Below are positions 27,377-37,900 of a stretch of 40,971 nt of DNA, piece by piece. Under the pieces are notes generated by a model. The model was not told where the DNA came from and did no database searches. It was given only the letters and a program-made list of their open reading frames with translations. Source of the stretch: a virus (Duplodnaviria > Caudoviricetes). Made by a program: the position numbers and the translations under genes. The stretch spans positions 1-40,971 of IMG/VR virus record IMGVR_UViG_3300022178_002149, one strand, 5' to 3'. Each line of letters opens with the position of its first letter. Within the stretch, counting starts at the first letter, position 1.

Positions 27377-29254
27377 ATGACTCTAATAAAAGTACCTATA
27401 GCACCAGGAATAGACCAACAAGACACCGAATATGGTGCTGAAGGTAAATGGTTTTTTGGTAAGAATGTACGTTTTAGATATGGTCTTCCAGAAAAAATAG
27501 GTGGTTTTACTACTATTACAACAGAAACTTTAATTGGTGCAGCACGTGGTATCGTTGATTGGTTTGATCTTAGGGGTGAGCAATATTTATCAGCCGGAAC
27601 AAATAAAAAATTATACGTATACCAGAATAATGCCTGGTATGATATTACACCAACGCGTGCAACAGCAGTAGGTAATATTACAGGGTTTACAACTGTAAAT
27701 AATTCCCCTACAGTCACCATAACAGACGCGGCACATGGTGCAATAGAAGGTGACTTTGTTACAATAACAAGTGTTAGTGGTGCAGTTAATGGAATACCTG
27801 CGGCTACACTACAAAATAAACAATACGAAATAATAGAAGTTGTATCGACATCACAATATAAAATTACTGCAACAGCTGATGCAACAAGTACAGGTGCTTC
27901 TGCAGCAACAGCAACAGCATCTTATGAAATTAATACAAACCCAGCAACATCTATAGCCGGTTACGGTTGGGGTGCAGGCACATGGGGATTATCTACATGG
28001 AACACGACACGCGCTGGTCTTGCAGCTCCTAACTCAGTGCAGTTAGATTCAGGTAAATGGTCCTTGGACACTTGGGGTGAAGATTTATTAGCATGCCAGT
28101 TTAATGGCTCGCTTTATTACTGGGACACATCAAACAGTGCAGGCACACCTGTAGCAGCTGTAATTATTTCTAATGCTCCAACGCAAAATAGATTTGTTTT
28201 AGTATCTGGTACAGATAGACATGTAATATGTTTTGGAACACAGCTAATAGGAACAACGACACAAGATGATATGTTTATACGTTGGTCAGATCAGGAAAAC
28301 GAAAATGATTGGACACCTACATCAACTAACACATCTGGTTCACAAAGATTAACAGATGGTAGTAAATTAATTACTGCTAAAAGATCACGTGGTGCTATAC
28401 TTGTATGGACAGATACAGCTTTGTATCAAATGCAATTAATAGGTGCGCCGTTTACATTTGGTTTTTCACAACTTGGTTCTGCTTGTGGTGCTATTGGATT
28501 ACACTCAGCTGTAGAATCAAATGGTAACTCATTTTGGATGGGTAAAGATTCTTTCTTCGTATTTGATGGTGCGGTTAAAAAAATACCGTGTAGTGTAGAA
28601 GACTATGTATTTACAAACATAGACCAGGCGTCACAAAAAGATACATTTGCTTGTCTTAATAGTGAGTTTAATGAAGTAACATGGTTTTATCCTTCCAATG
28701 GATCATCACAAATAGATAGATATGTAACTTACAACTATGAAGAAAAATCTTGGTCTATTGGTGATCTTGCTAGATCTTCATGGGTAGATAAAGGTGTGTA
28801 TGATTTTCCTTACGCTTTAGATTATGACCCTACAAGTTCTACAACACCAATTAAACCATTGTTACCAGCTACAGAAATATCTGGTGTGACTAACGGACGT
28901 GCATTGATGTATGCACAAGAATTTGGAACAGATGCAAATGGTGTGGCATTAGAGTCAGAATTAAATTCTGGTGCTTTTGTTATTCCGCAAGCAGGAGAAA
29001 ACTTAATGTCAATTAAAAGATTTATACCTGACTTTAAAAACATTGCTGGCAATATAAATGTTGATTTAATATTTAAATTATATCCTACATCAAGTGCTAC
29101 TACAACTGCTCACACAATTACATCTACTACTAATAAAGTAGATACACGTGCACGTGGACGACAAGCACAAATTAGTATAAAAACTACAGAGTTAGGAGCT
29201 AACTGGCGTTATGGAACTTACAGAGCTGATGTACAACAAGACGGAATGAGATAA
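27377..29254 (+). CDS. Tail tubular protein B / P22 gp10-like DNA stabilisation protein
   Basis: 625 aa; PGI......Y..EG.W....VRFR.G.PEKIGG, IRWSDQE, beta-propeller-like; ends R.RGRQ...WR.G..R.D.Q.DG.R. Confidence 0.7.
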   Translation: MTLIKVPIAPGIDQQDTEYGAEGKWFFGKNVRFRYGLPEKIGGFTTITTETLIGAARGIVDWFDLRGEQYLSAGTNKKLYVYQNNAWYDITPTRATAVGNITGFTTVNNSPTVTITDAAHGAIEGDFVTITSVSGAVNGIPAATLQNKQYEIIEVVSTSQYKITATADATSTGASAATATASYEINTNPATSIAGYGWGAGTWGLSTWNTTRAGLAAPNSVQLDSGKWSLDTWGEDLLACQFNGSLYYWDTSNSAGTPVAAVIISNAPTQNRFVLVSGTDRHVICFGTQLIGTTTQDDMFIRWSDQENENDWTPTSTNTSGSQRLTDGSKLITAKRSRGAILVWTDTALYQMQLIGAPFTFGFSQLGSACGAIGLHSAVESNGNSFWMGKDSFFVFDGAVKKIPCSVEDYVFTNIDQASQKDTFACLNSEFNEVTWFYPSNGSSQIDRYVTYNYEEKSWSIGDLARSSWVDKGVYDFPYALDYDPTSSTTPIKPLLPATEISGVTNGRALMYAQEFGTDANGVALESELNSGAFVIPQAGENLMSIKRFIPDFKNIAGNINVDLIFKLYPTSSATTTAHTITSTTNKVDTRARGRQAQISIKTTELGANWRYGTYRADVQQDGMR

Positions 29255-29424
29255 TGGCACAAATAGTATTACCAAGGACACCTCAAGGAACACAAGAATA
29301 TGACAAAGTGCAAATAGATAAACTAGTTGCAAACCTAGAACAATTAATTTTACTGCTTAACAGCACTTACACACCGGAAACGTTGCGTAATGATGATGAA
29401 GCTTTTGCGTGGTTTAATGGGTAA
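29254..29424 (+). CDS. Small protein, 56 aa (not in ORF track)
   Basis: TAATG coupling. Translates as MAQIVLPRTPQGTQEYDKVQIDKLVANLEQLILLLNSTYTPETLRNDDEAFAWFNG. Confidence 0.75.
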   Translation: MAQIVLPRTPQGTQEYDKVQIDKLVANLEQLILLLNSTYTPETLRNDDEAFAWFNG

Positions 29425-29752
29425 TATATACACAAATTATAAAGTAGATTTAGCTACAAATACTAGCCCTGTGGTATTATATACGGTGCCAGATAAGGTA
29501 CAAGCTGTCATTAAATCTATAAGAGTTAGTGATGACTCAGGTTCTGGTAGTACAATTACGGCTACCATTACAGATGCAGCAAGTGCCGTGTTTAGTTTAG
29601 GTAAAGATATAGTGGTAGGAGCTGCGGTTCCTGTAGAATTATTGACTGAACCCCTTGTAGCCAAGCAAGGAGAGATAATTACGGTTACACCAGGCAACGC
29701 AGACAGGCTACACGTAGTACTTTCGGTGCTTGAAATTAACAATAATACTTGA
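29417..29752 (+). CDS. Small beta-sandwich adaptor-like protein
   Basis: Likely start MGNIY at 29417; LYTVP...IKSI.V, VLSVLEI; resembles 18771. Confidence 0.65.
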   Translation: MGNIYTNYKVDLATNTSPVVLYTVPDKVQAVIKSIRVSDDSGSGSTITATITDAASAVFSLGKDIVVGAAVPVELLTEPLVAKQGEIITVTPGNADRLHVVLSVLEINNNT

Positions 29753-29766
29753 TATAAGGAGTAAAT

Positions 29767-30015
29767 ATGCCTATAAAAGATGATAGTGTAGTAAAATGGA
29801 CCACAGTAAACGGGGAAAAAGTACCTGAAATTGTTGTGCCAGCCGAAGTAACTATTACTAATACGCAAACAGGAAAACAATATGGGTCAGATAAAGAAGC
29901 TGACGATGATGTTAATGATCCTGCAACCGACACAAAGGTACACCATATCAGACGTGATGTAAAAGTATCTGTCGCAATTCACAAAATAATTGAAAGTATA
30001 GCAGGAGACTTATAG
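29767..30015 (+). CDS. Hypothetical protein
   Basis: RBS AAGGAG; TN..TG..Y.SD.EA..DV.DP.T.T....I.RDV.V. Confidence 0.75.
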   Translation: MPIKDDSVVKWTTVNGEKVPEIVVPAEVTITNTQTGKQYGSDKEADDDVNDPATDTKVHHIRRDVKVSVAIHKIIESIAGDL

Positions 30016-30017
30016 TA

Positions 30018-31313
30018 GTGTTTTCATTAGCAGCAGTAGGAATAGGCGCACTCTTAGGAGGATTAACAGAAAAACAACGTGGTGGAAATTTTTTAAAAGG
30101 AGCTCTTCAAGGAGGTGCACTTGGTGGTATTGGTGGCGCTTTAGGAGCTAAATTTGGTGGTGGCGCTGGCGGAGCATTTGGTTTTGGAACTGGAGCAAAA
30201 GGATTGCTACTTCCAGCAGCTGGTATTGGTTTAGCAAGTGAAATGTTAGGACAAGAAGATGCTAACCGTAGAATGCTTGAAGGTAGAAGAAGATTTTTTG
30301 ATGAAGAAGAAGAAAGAAGAATTGCAAGATTAAATGAAATGGCTGGATACGATGTATCTAAAGCAAGATTAACTCCACAAACATTTTTTATGGCTAGTGG
30401 AGGTTTAACTAATCTTCCACAGTACGCTAATGGAGGATGGGCGCGCAAAGGATATGAGTATGGTGGTGAAGTAGAGGAAATGGAAATGGCATCAGCTCCA
30501 CATCCTATGGAAGGTTGGTATAATATGTACGATGACATGATTGGTTCTGGAGAATTTCAAGGAACGTTTGATGAATTTATGGAAATGATAAACAATTCTG
30601 ATTATGATGTTCCAATGGCAGCACGTGGTGGACGTATACATGCGAAAGATGGAAAGTATATAAATGAAGAAGATGGTAGTTTTGAATATGATATAGATAT
30701 TGATGGTAATAAATACGATTTTAGTTTTGATGAAGAATTAACTGAAGAAGGATTAGATAGTTTTAGAAGAAGACTTGACATACGAAAAATGATGGAAGGT
30801 ATGTTTGATGATGAAGGTAATTTTATAGGTGATCCTGGAATGATGTTTGATCCTTCTAATGAAGATGGAACTATAACCACAATGGGTCCTGATGGAAACA
30901 TGGTAAATGTTAAACCAATGGCACAAGGTGGAAGAATTCATGCTAAAGATGGTCTATGGGCTAATATACATGCTAAGAGAGCACGTATAAAAGCAGGAAG
31001 TGGAGAAAAAATGAGACCAGCTGGATCTAAAGGTGCACCAACAGACAAAGCTTTACGGCAAAGTCAAGCAACTGGTGGCATAGCTGATTTAGATATGCGT
31101 TATGGTGGAGAGTCAATGGGCCCAGGAACCGGGACCTCTGATGATGTACCAGCAATGTTAAGTGATGGAGAGTTTGTTGTTACAGCTAAAGCTGTTGAAC
31201 AATTAGGCGGTGGAGACCGTATGGAAGGAGCGAAAAGAATGTATTCAATGATGAATAGTTTAGATCCTGCTTCTCAAAAACCTGGAGAGATGGAATATAT
31301 TGGTCACGGATGA
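30018..31313 (+). CDS. Modular virion protein: N-terminal glycine zipper, xxGG-delimited modules, C-terminal GPGTGTSD...GEFV domain
   Basis: GTG start after AGGAG; motifs read directly from the translation. Confidence 0.75.
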   Translation: MFSLAAVGIGALLGGLTEKQRGGNFLKGALQGGALGGIGGALGAKFGGGAGGAFGFGTGAKGLLLPAAGIGLASEMLGQEDANRRMLEGRRRFFDEEEERRIARLNEMAGYDVSKARLTPQTFFMASGGLTNLPQYANGGWARKGYEYGGEVEEMEMASAPHPMEGWYNMYDDMIGSGEFQGTFDEFMEMINNSDYDVPMAARGGRIHAKDGKYINEEDGSFEYDIDIDGNKYDFSFDEELTEEGLDSFRRRLDIRKMMEGMFDDEGNFIGDPGMMFDPSNEDGTITTMGPDGNMVNVKPMAQGGRIHAKDGLWANIHAKRARIKAGSGEKMRPAGSKGAPTDKALRQSQATGGIADLDMRYGGESMGPGTGTSDDVPAMLSDGEFVVTAKAVEQLGGGDRMEGAKRMYSMMNSLDPASQKPGEMEYIGHG

Positions 31314-31765
31314 TCGAGTGGAGATTTTTCGACGTCGATGACGTTGATTGGATAATTGATTCTAGCAAGGTGATGTTTGCTGAGTCAGAGTGGAAAGAAG
31401 GAGAGTATGATGAGCAAAAGGTAAGAGATTATCTTTTACATGTCATAGACAATCCATTAAGCTACTGTGGATTAATAGGGCTTAAGGATGGTCAAAAAGC
31501 TGGTTTCTTTATAGGACAAGTTGGTGAATATGTTTTTGCTAAAACAAAGTTTGCTAGGGAGTCAGAGATATATGTGTTACCGGCTTATCGTGGTAGTATG
31601 GTTGCTATGACGATGATGAAAAAATTTATTGAATGGGCTAAAGCAATGAAAGCAAAAGAGTTATTTTTCGAACCTTCTACTAACGGTGAGTTAAATAAAT
31701 TTGATGCCATGGCTAAAAGATTAGGAATGAATATTACAAGTAAAACATACAGGAAATCATTATGA
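31310..31765 (+). CDS. GNAT-family acetyltransferase
   Basis: IYVLPAYRGS motif A, F.EWAK...AKE and ..KRLGM. Confidence 0.8.
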   Translation: MIEWRFFDVDDVDWIIDSSKVMFAESEWKEGEYDEQKVRDYLLHVIDNPLSYCGLIGLKDGQKAGFFIGQVGEYVFAKTKFARESEIYVLPAYRGSMVAMTMMKKFIEWAKAMKAKELFFEPSTNGELNKFDAMAKRLGMNITSKTYRKSL

Positions 31766-32631
31766 GTATACCAAGTTTTGGAAACCCAAGTGTAGGCACA
31801 CCACCAAGCACGGCTCAACAATCATACCAGTATGAAGCACCAGAAATTCAAGCACGTAAGCTTGGACTTATGGATATTGCTGCTGATCTAGCACAAGGAA
31901 AACAACCTGCATATGGTGGGCTTCAAATTCCCACTCAACAACAAGCAGGTTTTACAGGCGCACAAAATCAAGCTTTTGATTTAGCACAACAAGGTATTGG
32001 TGGTTACCAACCATTTTTAAACAACGCTAATTATTACGCGCAAAAAGCAGCCGACCCTACAGCATACAAAGACTTTATGAATCCCTACCAGGATGAAGTT
32101 ATAAGAGGAATAGAAGATCAATTTACAAAAGCAGAAAATCAACAAGACATGCAAGCTGTGAAAGCAGGAGCATTTGGAGGATCTAGATCAGGAATTGCTA
32201 GATCAGAATTGGCAGGAGAAAGAGCATCAGCTGTGGGACAAGCACAGGCACAAGCTTTTAATCAAGCACAACAAATGGCCCAAGGAGCTTACAGCGGAGC
32301 TGCACAACAACAAGCAGCATTAGGTGCACAACAGCAAGGACTAGCAGGAGCAGATATTAATACATTGTTACAAACTGGTGGAAGACAACAACAGTTTGCA
32401 CAACAAGGACTTGACTCACAATACAGACAACAATTACAACAGATGTACGAACCATACCAAAGACTTGGTTTTGTATCTGACATGTACCAAGGTGCACCAA
32501 CAAGTGCATCGTCATTAACAATGGCAACAACACCACAAGCTAACCCAATGTCCCAAGCAATTGGAATGGGTATAACAGGGCTTGCAGCATATCAAGGATT
32601 CGCAAACGGAAACACTGGCACACAAGTATAA
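31762..32631 (+). CDS. Putative DNA ejection (pilot) protein
   Basis: Q/A/G-rich; FMNPYQ..VI, AGAFGGSR, EPYQRLGF.SD...G.P; hydrophobic C-terminus. Confidence 0.65.
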   Translation: MSIPSFGNPSVGTPPSTAQQSYQYEAPEIQARKLGLMDIAADLAQGKQPAYGGLQIPTQQQAGFTGAQNQAFDLAQQGIGGYQPFLNNANYYAQKAADPTAYKDFMNPYQDEVIRGIEDQFTKAENQQDMQAVKAGAFGGSRSGIARSELAGERASAVGQAQAQAFNQAQQMAQGAYSGAAQQQAALGAQQQGLAGADINTLLQTGGRQQQFAQQGLDSQYRQQLQQMYEPYQRLGFVSDMYQGAPTSASSLTMATTPQANPMSQAIGMGITGLAAYQGFANGNTGTQV

Positions 32632-32639
32632 GGGGTTAA

Positions 32640-34922
32640 ATGAGCAATACACTAAAGAGACCTTTATTTAAACAAGGTCCAGATGGGCAAATGAGAACAG
32701 CTGCTTTTGGCGGAGGTTTAAAACAGCTATATAAAGCTGGTAAATATTTTGCACCTAAATTTTCTAACGTTCCTTACAACTTTAATGCTGCAATGACAAG
32801 AATGGGTGTACCTACAATAACAGGTAAAAGACGTTCAACAGGTATTGATAATCCTTTTGTAGGAAAAACAGGTCCAATGAATCCTAGCGCTGGTCAAAGC
32901 TATGATTTTAGAATGAAACAATGGACTGATAAATTAAACACTTTAAAAGATAAAAATGGAATAGGAACTCTTCAAGCAAGTGGATTAAAAGGTATGAAAG
33001 GAATGCCACAAGAAGTTATTGATCATTGGCAGACCTTGCCAAAAATGAGTGGTAAACGTAGAACAGTAGAACAACTATTATACCCAACAGCTTACAGCAT
33101 GGGTAGTAACTGGATGGACGATCATTCAGAACAAGGAGGAAATGTACAGTCTGAATCTGGTAGCGTGGTCCAAGAACCTCCAGCACAAAAAAATAAACCT
33201 TCAGATAGACAGCCAGGATTATTTGAAAGTAAAGACGATATAGAAGGACCTATAACACCAGGTAGTGATAATATACCTGATGACAGCGTAGCAGATTTAG
33301 ATTCTAATGACGAGTATGATGGAGTACCATCTGACAGACAACCAGGATTATTTGGAAGTGAAATGCCCGACTTAGTTTCAGAAGCTGTTGTTGCAGATGA
33401 TAGTATTTCTCCAAAATCAATTGAAGATTATAAAAATGAATTACGAGAAGTAATTGGTAAAGAAGACAACACAATGGGATCGTTACTCTTAATGCAATTA
33501 GGATTAGGAATGATGGCAGGAAAATCTAACCAAGCAGGGTTTGCTGGTTTTGCTGAGATTGCTGGTAAAACAGGGCAACAAGTTTTGCCTATGTTTATGG
33601 AACATATGCAGAACAAACGTAAAGAAGATAAAGAGATTGCATTAGCTGCCTATGATATGTTGCGAGCAGATCGTGATGCAAAAACTCAACGTAAAAATGA
33701 TTTAGCTGATTGGAGATACAAAGAAGATTATAAATTAAATGATTGGATTGGAAAAGAACAGTATAAAAATGCAATGAACCCACCAGGAGATTTATCCATG
33801 GTGCAAGTTAATAATCCATTTACTCTTCCATCAGGAGAAGTAGTAAACAATTGGTCAAATGTAGGAAAACAAATTTTTTCTAAATCACCTGAAGCATTAC
33901 AAATAATGGCACTAAATGATCCTAATCTTCGTGTAGTTCCATTTAACATGACAGAAGCTGGAATGAAAAGTCTTGGTCTAGGTGATATGAATCTTACAAA
34001 AGCGCAACGTGGTGAACAATCATTACTTGCTGGTGTATACAAAAGTAACTTAGAACAAATTTTAAATTTTGTAACAGATCCAGAAATTGGTGTTCATTCA
34101 GGCAACTTCCAAACAGGTTCAGCTGGTTTAGCATTAAAAACTGCTAGATTTATTACTAGAGATGTTCAAAATTTCTTTAACACATTACTACCAGGAGATA
34201 GTGCAGCATCTAATGCAATGTCTGGTATGTACGGCAGTCTTAGATCAACTACAGAAGACACTATGCAAGGTTTAGTAGACTCACAAATGGGTTTGCTTGC
34301 TGGTGATGGTAACGTTGCAAGTAAAATACACGGTGGTCAAAAAGATGTTCAGTTTGGTAAGTACGATGATGGAACAGGAAACATGGTTGAAGGAAATTTT
34401 GCTACTGAAAAATATGTAAGAAACTTAATGGATAATCAATTCTATGATGTTGAAGATCAAATGATAAACATGATGGGTTTCTTGGAAGCACGTTTAAAGC
34501 AGCCTACTGGTCGTCTACTCGCTGACACAATTCAAACTTCTATTAATAATTTAAGAAAAGACAGAATGTTAACTTCAGGTGATCCAAAACAATACGCAAA
34601 CAAAATGCATATGTTTGTAAAACGTTTATATAACGCTTACGCAGAACATGCAATGAGAGCCGGAACTCAACCAGAAACTCAATTTGGTAGTGGTAGATTA
34701 GGACAACCGCTTACAATTGAAGGATACAATCAATCATACTTAAACTTTGTTGGTAATGAGAACATAGATCAAGGAATTGATTTAGGATTTATGCAACAAT
34801 TTCCTAATCAACAAACAATTCAAACGGGTAATGCTCCAGGAAATATTTATCCTGGAACACAAGAAGTAATCGTTAATGGATCTGCTGATTTTAAAGATCT
34901 TTTACAAATGTACACGGATTAA
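32640..34922 (+). CDS. Putative internal virion / ejection protein with two PSDRQPGLF motifs
   Basis: L.RPLF N-terminus, LMQLGL.MM.G segment, helical body; located in the ejection module. Confidence 0.6.
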   Translation: MSNTLKRPLFKQGPDGQMRTAAFGGGLKQLYKAGKYFAPKFSNVPYNFNAAMTRMGVPTITGKRRSTGIDNPFVGKTGPMNPSAGQSYDFRMKQWTDKLNTLKDKNGIGTLQASGLKGMKGMPQEVIDHWQTLPKMSGKRRTVEQLLYPTAYSMGSNWMDDHSEQGGNVQSESGSVVQEPPAQKNKPSDRQPGLFESKDDIEGPITPGSDNIPDDSVADLDSNDEYDGVPSDRQPGLFGSEMPDLVSEAVVADDSISPKSIEDYKNELREVIGKEDNTMGSLLLMQLGLGMMAGKSNQAGFAGFAEIAGKTGQQVLPMFMEHMQNKRKEDKEIALAAYDMLRADRDAKTQRKNDLADWRYKEDYKLNDWIGKEQYKNAMNPPGDLSMVQVNNPFTLPSGEVVNNWSNVGKQIFSKSPEALQIMALNDPNLRVVPFNMTEAGMKSLGLGDMNLTKAQRGEQSLLAGVYKSNLEQILNFVTDPEIGVHSGNFQTGSAGLALKTARFITRDVQNFFNTLLPGDSAASNAMSGMYGSLRSTTEDTMQGLVDSQMGLLAGDGNVASKIHGGQKDVQFGKYDDGTGNMVEGNFATEKYVRNLMDNQFYDVEDQMINMMGFLEARLKQPTGRLLADTIQTSINNLRKDRMLTSGDPKQYANKMHMFVKRLYNAYAEHAMRAGTQPETQFGSGRLGQPLTIEGYNQSYLNFVGNENIDQGIDLGFMQQFPNQQTIQTGNAPGNIYPGTQEVIVNGSADFKDLLQMYTD

Positions 34923-34924
34923 TT

Positions 34925-37900
34925 ATGGCTATAAAACTAAATCCTTTTTCTACCGATCAATTATCTACATTATTAATGGGAGAAACAGCCGGTAAAGAAA
35001 AAATTATTGGCGCTAAAGATACAGAGTATACAGATTTTAGAGGGACAGTTCCTATTACTGATGCCGAAGCAAGGATTGAAAGAATAAGAAAAAATACTGG
35101 TGAAGCAAAAGATGCAATACTAGGAGGATTTTGGGATTCAGTAAAAGGTGGTGCACAAACAGTTTACGATGTATACAACTATGGACCTCGTGGAGTTCCT
35201 CAACATATAAAAGAAGAAAGAGCACTTGAAGCAAAAGCTGCTTTAGATAAGGTTAATAAAGATTCACAATTACAAATACAATATGAAAAAGCTTTAGCTA
35301 ATAGACCTGATGTTAAAACAGTAAGAGCAGAAATTGCACAAATAATTGCAGCCGCTCAAAAAAAAGAAGACAACAATCCAGGAAGTGTTAATCAAGGTGA
35401 ATTAGAAGCTCGTCTTTTAGCATATGCTAGATCACAAGGATATACTGCACAAGAAGTACAAGGTGGCGGTGACGTAGATGTTGATCTTATGCCTGATCCT
35501 TATGGTTTAACTACTGACTCACCAAATCCTTTTCCTGAAGCAGAAAACATAGCAAAATTATCTGGTGGACTTGGAGGTAATATACTTGGATATAATATGT
35601 CTAAACACTGGGCAATAGCACAACCAGGGATGGTAGGTAAAGCAGCTCAAGGTTTTGGTAAAGGTGTACAAGGTGGTTTTAAGTTTTGGAAAGGTGGACC
35701 TTATTGGGGAAGAATGGCCGGCGCTTTAGCTGGTGGTCTCGTTGGTGTACTAACAGCAGATTATGGATATGAAACAGGATTAGATATTGCAAACCAAGCT
35801 GGTGTATTTGGTAAAAAAGGAATTAATAGACCAGGTGTCGCATCAAGAGCAAGAAGTTTATTAGATACAGCGGAACAAGAAGTAAAGCTTACGGCCCTTG
35901 GCGCTTTTGTAGCACCTTCAATAAATGGAGTAAGAAATATTACAAGGACACTTGCTTTTGGAGCTGGTCCTCAAGAATTAAAAATTGCAGAAAAAGGAAT
36001 GGGATTAGCTGAAAAATATATTCCTGAAGGACAATATGGAGGAAAGACAGGATGGATGAAAAAGAAAGGAGAATCTGATGCCATAGTAGGTATTACAGAT
36101 GTAAGTTCATACAGATCTGTTCAAGGTTTTCCAAATGTTGGTGGTAGATTTCCTTTAATTGGTGGAGGAATTTCTAAAAATTTAGCACAACGTGCAGAAA
36201 AAATGAATGTTATTTTAAATGATATGAATAATCGTATTGCTCCATCAGTAAGTTATAATAGGTTATCAGAAGCAGTAAGTGCTGCATCTAAAGTATCGGC
36301 AGGAAAAATTTCTGGTGAGTTAACTAAACTTAGAAAAGAATGGTTTGAACACGCTATTTCTAGAGGAGCAAATGTAAAACTTGCAGGTAATTTAGGAGAT
36401 AGTTCTCCTCATTCTATTATTACAGAATTTAAAGCACATATGGCACAAACAACAGCTAAAGGAATTGATGGCACACCACTTCCTGTAGTAGTAAGAAATA
36501 AATTAAACACATTTTTTGATAATGTATTACAAGAACCAGGATCAGTTACATTAGCTAGAGCTGATGCAATGTTAGATGAACTTGGATTTATTATGAAGCA
36601 AGGAGGAATGAAAACAAATGCTACCGCAATTAATTTTGCTGAACAATTTTCACAATCAATTCAAAATTCAATGCGTGCACTTGATTTAGGTGAAGCAGGT
36701 AAATCTGCTCTTAAAAAATACGATGATCTATGGACTCAATCAGAAATGCTTCTCGGTTCACCTGTTGCTAAACAATTAGGGTTATCAAAAAATATGTTAT
36801 ATGGCTATCAAGTACAGCTAGGAACACAAGGAACAAAATATGCTGATGATCTTTTACACACAGCTAAACTTTTAGAATCACCTCAATCTATGAAAAACTT
36901 ACAGGTTCTTGTAGGCGATGATATTTTTAGAGGTATGATGAGAAGACATATTGAATCCGCTTATGACAGTGCATTAAAAGCATGGCCAGGAAAATCCTTT
37001 TTAGATTTAAATACTCCAATAGGAGCTAAAGCTTTAAATCAAGAAGGGGTTGTAGCTGCTAAACAAATAGATCCTAAAAAATTTATTGAAAATTTAGGAC
37101 TTGATGATCAAGGTGGTAGATTATTTGCTACTATTGATGAAGGTTTAAAAATGGCACAAAAAGGAATCGGAAAAGATAACATGCAACCTTGGATGAAATC
37201 TTTACCAAGTGAACTTATTGATGCGGGAGCTGATGCAAAAACAATTCAAATTTTAAACGGTACAGCTAAACAAGTTGACACTGGTTTTGTAACAGCAAAA
37301 GATTTAACTGATTTTGCTACAGTATTAGAAGCAGGTTTCCGTGGAGGTGTCCCAGACATTAGTACATTCATTGCGAGAAGAGCACAACTTGCAGGAATGC
37401 AAGGAGCAATACGTTCTTTTTTACCAGGAAAAACTATTGGAGGAGCTGCTACAGCAGGAGCTGCTGTACCCGCTGTAAGTATGATTCATGCTGTAATGTT
37501 TTCTTTACTTGCAAGGCAAGGTGGTAAAATATTAACCAATCCGATTAATTTAAAAGCAGCAAATCAAATTTTGAAAGCAACTGATGAAGACATTGCAAGA
37601 ATATGGAATCCATTTAGTTATAATCAATTTGGTTCAGCACCTAAAGCGCTTGCTGTTAAAAATGCATTAGAAACTATTGGAGCAAATTTTAATGGTGATT
37701 TAGAAGAACTAGAACTACAAACTCAAGATACATTAAACTCACAACGTAGAAGAGATCAAGTTCAAAGTGTAAAACAACCAACTGGTAACGAAGAAATTAC
37801 TGAAAAAATAAATATTTTTGAGAAAATGAAACAAGCGGCGCAAGCCAAACAAGGAATCCGTGAGGAGTCGCTCACTCCTACGGTAACTGATGCAACATCT

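Noticed and set aside
30018-31313. Calling this ORF a tape-measure protein
   Set aside because: It shares only the short C-terminal GEFV block. It lacks a long helical repeat body, and the surrounding genes are podovirus-like.
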